A DNA stretch of 54,666 bases from the IMG/VR virus record IMGVR_UViG_3300017963_000316, positions 1 to 54,666 of that record. One strand, 5' to 3'. This stretch comes from a virus. Taxonomy: Duplodnaviria > Caudoviricetes. This document shows, in pieces, positions 37,471-45,193 of this stretch. The notes under the pieces are model-generated. The model was given only the letters and a program-made list of their open reading frames with translations, made no database searches and was not told the origin of the DNA. Made by a program: the position numbers and the translations under genes. The stretch's first letter is position 1; each line of letters opens with the position of its first letter.

Positions 37471-37553
37471 TGTCGGTGGAGAGATTTGAACTCTCATGCC
37501 CTTTTGAGCACTGGATTTTAAGTCCAGCGTGTATGCCATTCCACCACACCGAC
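37471..37553 (-). tRNA. tRNA-Leu(UAA)
   Basis: Loop CTTAAAA; long variable arm; no CCA. Confidence 0.92.
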
Positions 37554-37879
37554 TAATCTAACCACCCTTTTAACCATCTTAGTTTTCGGTGATTCCAACA
37601 TATTTCTTCACACTGTGAATCTGCGTTTAAGTGCTGTCTAACCTCCTGCATCGGTAGATAACCCCAATGTCTTCTAGGATTACCGCACATATAACAAGAA
37701 CATGGAACTTTTGTTTTACGGTAGATTCCTAATGTTCTTTCTAGCTCATCTTTTGTCCACCAAGAACGATAACGCCTACCTGATTGATTCTTATTTCGTG
37801 GGGAAAACCCCTCATACCTTTTAAAGACCTTTTCGGCTTTACGCCGAGCAACAGCCAATCTAGTTCCAAGCATACACAT
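37553..37879 (-). CDS. basic hypothetical protein
   Basis: CSCYMCGNPRR motif. Confidence 0.7.
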   Translation of the reverse strand: MCMLGTRLAVARRKAEKVFKRYEGFSPRNKNQSGRRYRSWWTKDELERTLGIYRKTKVPCSCYMCGNPRRHWGYLPMQEVRQHLNADSQCEEICWNHRKLRWLKGWLD

Positions 37880-37882
37880 CTC

Positions 37883-38020
37883 CTAGTTATCATGTAATCG
37901 CATCCTTGCCTCTAGTTCTCTTGGAGACTCCACATCAATATCATAGACCCAATCTATGCCATATAGATAAAGCACTGAATGTTCTATGACCCAAGTAGAA
38001 TATTCTGTTTGCTCAATCAT
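37883..38020 (-). CDS. small hypothetical protein
   Basis: MIEQTEY...; ATG overlaps the tRNA-Trp CCA. Confidence 0.45.
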   Translation of the reverse strand: MIEQTEYSTWVIEHSVLYLYGIDWVYDIDVESPRELEARMRLHDN

Positions 38021-38097
38021 GGCAGGAGCAGTAGGATTCGAACCCACATTTCCTCGTTTTGGAGACGAGTGTTTTAATCCTGTTAAACTATACTCCC
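38020..38097 (-). tRNA. tRNA-Trp(CCA)
   Basis: CTCGT-CTCCAAA-ACGAG; G73; CCA. Confidence 0.92.
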
Positions 38098-38804
38098 AAT
38101 AAACAATCAACCAGTTCATCTGCTGTCATGTAATATTTTGCTTCTAGCGTATTTTTGTTAGTAGAGATACCAAATCCAGCCGCTGAAATCATTTCTTTGT
38201 CGTTTATCTTGTCACCTATTGCTACAACATCATTTCTGTCTATATCTAGGTACATAGCAATAGCTTTTACACCTACACCTTTGGATATGGACTTCTTTTG
38301 AATGTCAAACGCTTCGCCGTTCCACATAACTTTTAAGTCACCATCAGTGTCATACTTACGGACAATCTCATAAACTTCTGGAATTTCTCTATCAGCATGT
38401 GCTGTCAAGATGAACTGTTTAGGTTCAAAACCTTTAATGTCTAGTTTAGATATTCCCCTTCGTATGTCATATATTTTATCAAAATACGCATCATCATAAG
38501 TAATGTGCTGAATTACCCTGCCGTCCACAAGGGACAAGTTCCCATTTTCAGCCTGTAATATTACTCCACCACCTAGAACCTTTGAATACATTCCTTGAAG
38601 GTAAATAAGACTTCTTCCAGAGGATACACAAATTCGTATCTTTTTCTTTAATCTATTAACCTTCTCTGCAAAGGAATCAGTTATAAGATTAGTTTTTACT
38701 ACAACCTTATGATAGTCTTCTTCGGTTGTCTCTAGGATTTCTGTACCTACTGGAACGGACACACCATCCGAATCAAGAATCAACAATTTAATATTACTGA
38801 ACAA
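38088..38804 (-). CDS. HAD-superfamily subfamily IIB hydrolase
   Basis: LDSDG, SSGRS, ENG, SKG, AIGDKIND. Confidence 0.88.
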   Translation of the reverse strand: MFSNIKLLILDSDGVSVPVGTEILETTEEDYHKVVVKTNLITDSFAEKVNRLKKKIRICVSSGRSLIYLQGMYSKVLGGGVILQAENGNLSLVDGRVIQHITYDDAYFDKIYDIRRGISKLDIKGFEPKQFILTAHADREIPEVYEIVRKYDTDGDLKVMWNGEAFDIQKKSISKGVGVKAIAMYLDIDRNDVVAIGDKINDKEMISAAGFGISTNKNTLEAKYYMTADELVDCLLGV

Positions 38805-38826
38805 TCATAACTCCTTGTTTTTTAGT

Positions 38827-38914
38827 TGGTGTCCGAAGCAGGATTTGAACCTGCACCCCTGTTACGGGAATAGGGTTTGAGCCTATCGTGTCTACCGTGT
38901 TCCACCATTCGGAC
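38827..38914 (-). tRNA. tRNA-Leu(CAA)
   Basis: Loop CTCAAAC; long variable arm; CCA. Confidence 0.92.
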
Positions 38915-39086
38915 TTACATCTCAAAATTTTCGAAGTCTTTAACTCTGAAGCTGAAGAAATCACCTTTCTTTACTTCTTGGTCATCTTCTATTCTAGTCC
39001 ACCCTGAACTATGAAAATTAACCACCCAAAATAAATCCACAAACTCTGGTTTTAATATCTTTTGTTTTAGTTCTAGTGCTGTCAAA

Positions 39087-39458
39087 TTACTTCTCCATTA
39101 AACAATCGCCATCTGTGTTATAAAGGTCATTTACAAATTCACAATCATCAACTCCACATCGTTCACAAGTAATGTAGTGATGACATATAGGACATTCCTC
39201 ACCACGTGGTCGTGCTACTAATACCATATTACTTGGGTCTGCTCTGTAGCATACTGGACATAGAAAGTCATGGTTACCTATAATACGCTTCAGTCTGGCA
39301 TGTACCATCAATAGGTCTAGTTGTGGAAATCCTCTTAAAGTTAAAGTATCACCCACTTTCTTGTTCGTATAACAGATGTATCGGATTGGACAATCATCAC
39401 ATTGTTCATTACATCTGTATCGGTAGATGATGTCACCTTGGTCTACCACTATATCCAT
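39087..39458 (-). CDS. Cys-rich protein with Cys module
   Basis: CNEQCDDCPIRYICYTN; ATG 6 nt after the -10 box. Confidence 0.7.
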   Translation of the reverse strand: MDIVVDQGDIIYRYRCNEQCDDCPIRYICYTNKKVGDTLTLRGFPQLDLLMVHARLKRIIGNHDFLCPVCYRADPSNMVLVARPRGEECPICHHYITCERCGVDDCEFVNDLYNTDGDCLMEK

Positions 39459-39464
39459 ACTACT

Positions 39465-39496
39465 ATAATAGCACAAGCCTCATTAAAAGTCAAGCC
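39465..39496 (-). promoter_or_regulatory. sigma70-type promoter
   Basis: GGCTTGACT TTTAATGAGGCTTG TGC TATTAT. Confidence 0.75.
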
Positions 39497-39617
39497 TCGG
39501 ATAACCTTCGCCACATACAATATGTAGGTGCTAATATTGGCATTGCTGGTTTATCACAATACTTTTTTCCATCGAGTTCTTTCTTGAATGGACAGTCTTC
39601 TTTGTTATGGCAGGGTA

Positions 39618-39836
39618 TTAACATCCAAATCTCCCGCAGTCATAAACTACAATTGTTTCCCCATCCGATTCATAGAAGCAATTGGAACAGTGTGTTCCAC
39701 CGCAAGCGTTACAGTGCCAAGAATAATCCGCAAATTCAAAAGTTGCTATCTCATCTTGTTCGTAATGTATCTTACCTGATTTAGCACAGAGGATACGCTT
39801 ACCCTTTTGCACTTTATAACCATAGACGTTATTCAT
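39618..39836 (-). CDS. Cys-rich hypothetical protein
   Basis: ATG overlaps the tRNA-Gly CCA. Confidence 0.6.
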   Translation of the reverse strand: MNNVYGYKVQKGKRILCAKSGKIHYEQDEIATFEFADYSWHCNACGGTHCSNCFYESDGETIVVYDCGRFGC

Positions 39837-39911
39837 GGAGCGAGTGGCGGGAATCGAACCCGCTACCTTCTGGATGGCAACCAGACGTTCAACCTCGTGA
39901 ACTTCACCCGC
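39836..39911 (-). tRNA. tRNA-Gly(GCC)
   Basis: Loop TTGCCAT; U73; CCA. Confidence 0.92.
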
Positions 39912-40230
39912 ATTTTACTTTTCGTGGGGATGAAAATGTACCATAAGCGGGACTACCATTAACTACAGCATAACTTAGGACTATTAGTTCATCACCAATT
40001 TCCACAAGAAGTGATGCCGCACCATTGACACAAACCTCTTTCTCGTCACCTTTTATTGCATAGGTCACAAATCGCTTACCGTTGGTAACGTTAAGAACAT
40101 GAACCTGCTCATATTCCAAAATATCTGCTTCGTGCATCCATTTGGGGTCAAGTGTTATGCTACCATCACACCTAGAGTCTGCATCAGTAACTTGTAAACC
40201 GTATAGTTTACTTTTAAGCATTACTCGCAT
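39904..40230 (-). CDS. panD: aspartate 1-decarboxylase (pyruvoyl-dependent)
   Basis: MLKSK, GSITLD self-cleavage site, NGKRFVTYAI, VNGAA. Confidence 0.88.
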   Translation of the reverse strand: MRVMLKSKLYGLQVTDADSRCDGSITLDPKWMHEADILEYEQVHVLNVTNGKRFVTYAIKGDEKEVCVNGAASLLVEIGDELIVLSYAVVNGSPAYGTFSSPRKVKCG

Positions 40231-40421
40231 AAATCTCTCCTTGTTTCATATAGTTTTTTGATTGCAGAACTAACCTCAGCTTTAGTACCAAGTATAGTTC
40301 CAGTTGTGTAGCAATAAAATCTGTGTCTACAGTTATCACATTTGCTGTGGCAACCATCGCATATAAGGATTGTGGCGGTATTACCAAAAGCTGAATCGTG
40401 CATCACTATAGGTCTATCCAT
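40221..40421 (-). CDS. small protein with Cys module
   Basis: CHSKCDNCRHRFYCYTT. Confidence 0.65.
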   Translation of the reverse strand: MDRPIVMHDSAFGNTATILICDGCHSKCDNCRHRFYCYTTGTILGTKAEVSSAIKKLYETRRDLCE

Positions 40422-40422
40422 A

Positions 40423-40497
40423 TGGGGTGACTGACGGGATTCGAACCCGTGTTACCTGGGTCACAACCAAGCATCCTTCCATTGAATGACAGCCACC
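40423..40497 (-). tRNA. tRNA-His(GUG)
   Basis: G-1:C73; loop TTGTGAC. Confidence 0.92.
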
Positions 40498-40500
40498 ATA

Positions 40501-40779
40501 TTAAACTAAAGGTTTTACATTTTCAGTACCTAAAATCTTCATACCTATTAACTTATGTCTTTTACTTCCTTTAACATAAATCTTACTGCCTGTAACACCT
40601 GCTAAAAATCTTGAGGGGCTTTTATAAGTCTTTATTTTTGACCAATCAACCTCTACGATTTCTATTCGTGACGCTGTGAAACACTTAAATCGTATTGCAC
40701 ACACATCACAACCACTACCATCACAAACAAACATATCGTTACCAGACGGTTTATTTATTAGCTTAATGAACCTGTTCAC
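40501..40779 (-). CDS. hypothetical protein with Cys module
   Basis: CDGSGCDVCAIRFKCFTA. Confidence 0.7.
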   Translation of the reverse strand: MNRFIKLINKPSGNDMFVCDGSGCDVCAIRFKCFTASRIEIVEVDWSKIKTYKSPSRFLAGVTGSKIYVKGSKRHKLIGMKILGTENVKPLV

Positions 40780-40978
40780 GTCTTGATAACTCCTTAGCTA
40801 AATCAATGCCACTCCAAGAATGTACCACTATAGATGTCCAACATCTAAACCTGAGCCAGCAAGTATCACAATCCCTCGGTGTTTTGTCACAAATAATCTT
40901 GTCAGGTAGGATTCTAGGAGTAGAACGGTATATTTCTACGTCTCTTTTGTTCCTTTCTAACTTTTCTGAACTAATCAT
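40763..40978 (-). CDS. hypothetical protein with Cys module
   Basis: CDKTPRDCDTCWLRFRCWTS. Confidence 0.7.
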   Translation of the reverse strand: MISSEKLERNKRDVEIYRSTPRILPDKIICDKTPRDCDTCWLRFRCWTSIVVHSWSGIDLAKELSRREQVH

Positions 40979-40980
40979 TT

Positions 40981-41054
40981 TGGCTCTCCTGTCAGGGTTC
41001 GAACCTGAGTCCGTTGGTTCAGAGCCAACTGTGCTACCACTACACTACAGGAGA
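40981..41054 (-). tRNA. tRNA-Gln(CUG)
   Basis: U1-A72; loop CTCTGAA; GCCA. Confidence 0.92.
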
Positions 41055-41324
41055 TTACTTATATAAATGTTTATAATATTTCCAATTCCTATTCCATCCC
41101 AAGTCGTGGCAAGTCTTTGGTGATAAGAAACCTAGTTCTTCTGCCCTGTATCTAGCTGACTTGTAATGCCCGAAGATGTATCTGATACCTCTTTTATCAC
41201 CAAGTAGACCAGAATCAAAACTACTTTTCCACTGGTTATTAACACCAAATCTTTTAGTATTCAACAATAAGTGTACTATGAGCTTCCAGTTTTTACAGAT
41301 AAAGATAATCCCGTGTATGTTCAT
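41055..41324 (-). CDS. hypothetical protein
   Basis: ATGA coupling; stop abuts the tRNA. Confidence 0.55.
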   Translation of the reverse strand: MNIHGIIFICKNWKLIVHLLLNTKRFGVNNQWKSSFDSGLLGDKRGIRYIFGHYKSARYRAEELGFLSPKTCHDLGWNRNWKYYKHLYK

Positions 41325-41821
41325 AATAAACCAAGCAACTTGTCTAGCGAAAGCGGGTAGTAATCAAGCATCTCAGCACTTACGTTAATCGTTCTTCTTT
41401 CCTTGTTGACTAGAGGGTATAGTTCTGGATAATTGTTATGATGATGCCCATGAATCATCCAACCATCCCACTTGGGTTTATCATAGTCAGGAGAATGTAT
41501 TAATAAGAACCTTACTCCACCCAACTCTACTATGTGCCATCTGTGAACTGGTGTGATTCCTCTAATACTTTCTTTCCTGTCATGATTACCCTTGATAAGA
41601 ACTTTCTTACCATTTAGTTTTTGCCACCACCAACTACCATCCCTACTTCCTCTGCCATACGCAATGTCACCCAAGTAATAAACCGTATCTTCTACGGTCA
41701 CCGTCTCGTTCCAACGTTTAACAAGAGTCTCATTCATTTCCTCAACAGAACTGAACGGTCTATTGCAATACTTGATGATGTTTGTATGGTCTAGGTGTAA
41801 ATCACCAATTAAGTATATCAT
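41321..41821 (-). CDS. metallophosphoesterase (calcineurin-like)
   Basis: MIYLIGDLH, YYLGD, GNHD, IHGHHH; start overlaps the tRNA CCA. Confidence 0.9.
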   Translation of the reverse strand: MIYLIGDLHLDHTNIIKYCNRPFSSVEEMNETLVKRWNETVTVEDTVYYLGDIAYGRGSRDGSWWWQKLNGKKVLIKGNHDRKESIRGITPVHRWHIVELGGVRFLLIHSPDYDKPKWDGWMIHGHHHNNYPELYPLVNKERRTINVSAEMLDYYPLSLDKLLGLL

Positions 41822-41895
41822 GGTTGCGGGGGTGAGAATCGAACTCACGTAGACCTGCTTATGAGACAAGTCGGGTAACCAACAACCTCCCCACT
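41821..41895 (-). tRNA. tRNA-Met(CAU), atypical (1:72 mismatch, irregular D arm)
   Basis: Loop CTCATAA; T arm GTGAG-TTCGATT-CTCAC; ACCA. Confidence 0.7.
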
Positions 41896-41897
41896 GT

Positions 41898-42047
41898 TTA
41901 ATGATTCTTGAAGAAACAATCTTCTTCACACGGCGTACCATCAGGTAGTGTCCAAGGTGGAACTCTACTCCCACATCCTCTGCACTTGTCAGGTACGTTT
42001 CCAATATGGTCAAGGATAAAATCTAATATTTTATCTACTATTTTCAT
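41898..42047 (-). CDS. small hypothetical protein
   Basis: MKIVDKIL...; ATG overlaps the tRNA-Glu CCA. Confidence 0.5.
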   Translation of the reverse strand: MKIVDKILDFILDHIGNVPDKCRGCGSRVPPWTLPDGTPCEEDCFFKNH

Positions 42048-42120
42048 GGTAGCGATAGAGGGAATCGAACCCTCGTTGCTAGGTTGAAAGCCTAGTTGCC
42101 TGCCATTAGCAGATACCGCC
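42047..42120 (-). tRNA. tRNA-Glu(UUC)
   Basis: CTAGG-CTTTCAA-CCTAG; CCA. Confidence 0.9.
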
Positions 42121-42263
42121 AATATAGATTGCTCTGTAGTCTCCGCACCGCAAAATTACGTTGTCTTCCTTCCACCTATCATTCAATAATATTATAAGAA
42201 GGTCACCAATTATTATACGATTGTTATTTACCATTGACTTAGGAGCACTACGCTTTTTCATTT

Positions 42264-42339
42264 TGGCTCTGGTGGTTGGACTCGAACCAACATATTTACG
42301 GTTAACAGCCGTTCCTATTACCGATTATAGTACACCAGA
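42264..42339 (-). tRNA. tRNA-Asn(GUU)
   Basis: U1-A72; loop CTGTTAA; GCCA. Confidence 0.9.
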
Positions 42340-42633
42340 ATCGAAACCGAAATCATCTGGATAAGCAGAATAAATTGCGTCTGCCTCACCATTTACCACA
42401 TCCACAATAACTGTTCTTTCAAAAACTCTCGTACTAGCACATACAAACTTGAAGTCACAGTGACGGCATTTAGGTTTGAAACCAAAATTATCACTTTTAC
42501 CCATCCTGCAAAGCTTAGTACGGTGATTGAGTGAATGACAAGCGGATGGGTCTTTTACTTTCCCCTTAACAAATCTAAAGATAGTGATTGTTTTACATTC
42601 ACGACAAATACCCAAATAAACCCTTTTGTTCAT
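42325..42633 (-). CDS. hypothetical protein with Cys module
   Basis: KCRHCDFKFVCAST; start overlaps a CCA, stop lies inside tRNA-Asn. Confidence 0.65.
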   Translation of the reverse strand: MNKRVYLGICRECKTITIFRFVKGKVKDPSACHSLNHRTKLCRMGKSDNFGFKPKCRHCDFKFVCASTRVFERTVIVDVVNGEADAIYSAYPDDFGFDSGVL

Positions 42634-42708
42634 GGAGGCACTGGTCGGAATCGAACCGACTTAAAATCGCTTTGCAGGCGACCGCCTTATCCAATTAGCT
42701 ACAGTGCC
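42633..42708 (-). tRNA. tRNA-Cys(GCA)
   Basis: Loop CTGCAAA; U73; CCA. Confidence 0.92.
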
Positions 42709-42969
42709 TTATAATCTTGTTACCAGATTAAACGCTCTGATATAGAATTCCTCATCTGGTATTTCCCAATAATTTTTATACCTCAAATCAGCTAACATCT
42801 CGGACGGTAATTCTCGTAGTTTCTCATCTATATCTATACACCACAAATCAAGTCCTTCACTCGTAGTATAACAAGTAAATCTAAAAGGACACCCATCACA
42901 TCTTGTATGACAAGGGAACTTTACTACTAATTCTTGTTCAGCATTTTTAATAGTAACTATCTTTTTCAT
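42709..42969 (-). CDS. hypothetical protein with Cys module
   Basis: CHTRCDGCPFRFTCYTT. Confidence 0.7.
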   Translation of the reverse strand: MKKIVTIKNAEQELVVKFPCHTRCDGCPFRFTCYTTSEGLDLWCIDIDEKLRELPSEMLADLRYKNYWEIPDEEFYIRAFNLVTRL

Positions 42970-43130
42970 GCACTGCCAGTCCCACGAGGTCCATTACCAC
43001 CTTTAGATGCTAACCAAAGTAGGAAAGCAATAAACAACATAACCCAAACAAATGCCCAAAACATTGTCATAGCTATAAATTCTAACATGAAGTCTTTACC
43101 TCTCATAGTAAGACCTCACCGTTCCTCACT

Positions 43131-43206
43131 TGGCGGTCTATACGGGTTTCGATCCCGTCCCTCATCCTTGACAGGGATGTATGCTCACCATTAACACCTA
43201 TAGACC
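43131..43206 (-). tRNA. tRNA-Asp(GUC)
   Basis: Loop CTGTCAA; G73; T-loop variant ATCGAAA. Confidence 0.9.
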
Positions 43207-43593
43207 TCTACCTGTTCCTGTAACGTATAGAATATTTGGGAACTTTACCCATGAACGTTCTATACCAATTCTCTCGTCATCTTCCTCTACTATTGCTCCT
43301 AGCTTAAACCCATCACCGAAATTCTCTCTATAACTTCTGCTCCAATAACCAGTATCAGCTACTTGCTTGTAGAGTCCCAATCTTAAACATTTGGGTAGGT
43401 GGAACTCTGCTTTGAATCTCTCATAACTTCTATATTGGTCATGTACTTCTTCAGTTTCCACCTTGACAGGATTAACGTGAATCCTATCATCAGTAAAGCA
43501 CTCAAACCTATGGAGACAAGTATTACAATACTCAGAATCCCAAGTCCAAGTTCTTTTCATCGTTCTGTCATCTGTTGCTGTATATAAATACAT
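43198..43593 (-). CDS. hypothetical protein with Cys module
   Basis: YCNTCLHRFECFTD. Confidence 0.7.
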   Translation of the reverse strand: MYLYTATDDRTMKRTWTWDSEYCNTCLHRFECFTDDRIHVNPVKVETEEVHDQYRSYERFKAEFHLPKCLRLGLYKQVADTGYWSRSYRENFGDGFKLGAIVEEDDERIGIERSWVKFPNILYVTGTGRGL

Positions 43594-43603
43594 AATCTTT
43601 CAT

Positions 43604-43690
43604 TGGTGCGGGTGATAGGAGTCGAACCTACACGCATGTTACTGCACTACGTTCTAAGCGTAGGGTGTCTACCAGTTTCACCACACCCGC
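43604..43690 (-). tRNA. tRNA-Leu(UAG)
   Basis: Loop CTTAGAA; long variable arm; CCA. Confidence 0.92.
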
Positions 43691-43768
43691 ATGATGGGGA
43701 AGTACCAGTATTGCATGACGTTCATCAATTGCCTTTGTGTACCTTTTCATCGGCTGTACTCCACCCCG

Positions 43769-43848
43769 ACTCGCTGGCGGGACTTGAACCCGCATTTACA
43801 GATCCACTTACGGTTAACAGTTTAGGAAACTGCCCCGACTACAGCGAG
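43769..43848 (-). ncRNA. D-arm-less tRNA-like RNA (apparent CCU anticodon)
   Basis: CTCGCTG/CAGCGAG acceptor, GCGGG-TTCAAGT-CCCGC T arm, GCAGT-TTCCTAA-ACTGT hairpin, no D stem. Confidence 0.65.
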
Positions 43849-43870
43849 ATAAAAGTAAGATTGGCTTACC

Positions 43871-43946
43871 TGGCACCCCTGCCGAGATTTGAACTCGGAC
43901 TATTGGTTTAGAAGACCAATGTGTTCTCCAGTTACACTACAGGGGC
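43871..43946 (-). tRNA. tRNA-Arg(UCU)
   Basis: Loop CTTCTAA; GCCA. Confidence 0.92.
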
Positions 43947-44363
43947 AAATATTTTCCATTCGTTTTTATATTTTTCGTATTTACCACAATTATCATTAGC
44001 ACGTTTATCAAGTTCTCTATGTGGATACAATGATACGTATATTGTGCTAATAGCTTCTATAGGAATAAAATACCACACATCCTCTGGTATTATATAACAA
44101 CCAATAATATCAACATCATCTTTTGTGTATTTTACTTTTGTCTTACTCCCTTTACCAATTATTAGTCTGTAAGTTTTATTGTCACTATTCTTCAATTTTT
44201 GCTGGTATGACACACTTTTAATTTGCAATCTATTGAAAGTTCTATTACTTTCTATAATATAATCATATCCTACAGTATTAAAAGGAGTGGCTACAACAAG
44301 ACCACGAAGCATCGCTTCATATAAAAACTTAGCTTGTGCCGTTTCTCCTTGTTTTAATGACAT
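43932..44363 (-). mobile_element. free-standing PD-(D/E)XK (group I intron-associated type) homing endonuclease gene
   Basis: GETAQ..., P...GYDYIIE...RLQIKS, YTKDDVD, WYFIP; AT-rich; between two tRNA-Arg genes. Confidence 0.8.
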
Positions 44364-44374
44364 TTCATTCTCCT

Positions 44375-44452
44375 TGGACCCCCTGGCGAGACTCGAACTC
44401 GCAACAACCTTGGTTCGTAGCCAAGTGCTCTATTCCATTGAGCTACAGGGGG
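44375..44452 (-). tRNA. tRNA-Arg(ACG)
   Basis: CTTGG-CTACGAA-CCAAG; CCA. Confidence 0.9.
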
Positions 44453-44453
44453 A

Positions 44454-44549
44454 TGGTAGGAACGGAAGGACTCGAACCTTCAACCTTGGGGAAATCAGCC
44501 CCTAATACCGCTTATAAGACGGTTGCACTGCCAATTGTGCTACGTTCCC
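44454..44549 (-). tRNA. tRNA-Ile(UAU) with long variable arm
   Basis: ACCGT-CTTATAA-GCGGT; 25-nt variable region with GGGG/CCCC stem; A73; CCA. Confidence 0.8.
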
Positions 44550-44791
44550 ATCCTCCAATTATTGAAACATTCTCGTATCTTTCTAGGAGACCCCATTTTC
44601 CTAAGCTCATAGTAAAGACATGGGTCTGCAATTGTCACGTACCATTTAAGCGTATAACATTTAAATCTTAACTTACATTCGTTACACTTAACAACACCGT
44701 TACCATTACAAGAAAACGAAACAAAGTCATTATTCTTGTAGGAAAATGGATGTTCAGGAACATCATCGTAAATACGAATTTCTTTCTGCAT
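44540..44791 (-). CDS. hypothetical protein with Cys module
   Basis: CNGNGVVKCNECKLRFKCYT; start overlaps a CCA, stop is tRNA U8A9G10. Confidence 0.7.
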   Translation of the reverse strand: MQKEIRIYDDVPEHPFSYKNNDFVSFSCNGNGVVKCNECKLRFKCYTLKWYVTIADPCLYYELRKMGSPRKIRECFNNWRMGT

Positions 44792-44869
44792 GGTAGGGCT
44801 ATGGGGGTTCGAACCCCAGTTCACACTTCGAGAGAGTGTTGTCCTTATTGTCCACTAGACGATAGCCCC
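44791..44869 (-). tRNA. tRNA-Glu(CUC)
   Basis: ACACT-CTCTCGA-AGTGT; CCA. Confidence 0.88.
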
Positions 44870-44870
44870 A

Positions 44871-45190
44871 TAGTCAGGGAGACGATAACTTATTTTAGTT
44901 AAGTCTCTCTATTGTTTTTCCTTCATCATTAAGAAGGTAAGTTGTACGATTTGTTAATACCAGAAATTCCTGACCATCCCTTTTTAGAGCACGAATCAAA
45001 AGTGCTACACCATCTTCAGCATCAAACCAGCGTGCATCCACTTCATAATCCTTGACACTAGCCTCATCTACGAAATCATAATGGACACGAGTTAATCCAT
45101 CATAAAAAATCCAACCATTTAATTTGGCTTTACCTTTCTCGCTTTTTATCTTTACTATCATATTATCCTCCCTATCTATCTCCCTGACTA
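44871..45190. repeat. 12-bp perfect inverted repeat enclosing one gene
   Basis: TAGTCAGGGAGA (44871-44882) and TCTCCCTGACTA (45179-45190). Confidence 0.75.
44895..45161 (-). CDS. hypothetical protein (C-terminal YLLNDEGKTIERL motif)
   Basis: GGGAGG RBS. Confidence 0.8.
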   Translation of the reverse strand: MIVKIKSEKGKAKLNGWIFYDGLTRVHYDFVDEASVKDYEVDARWFDAEDGVALLIRALKRDGQEFLVLTNRTTYLLNDEGKTIERLN

Positions 45191-45193
45191 ACG

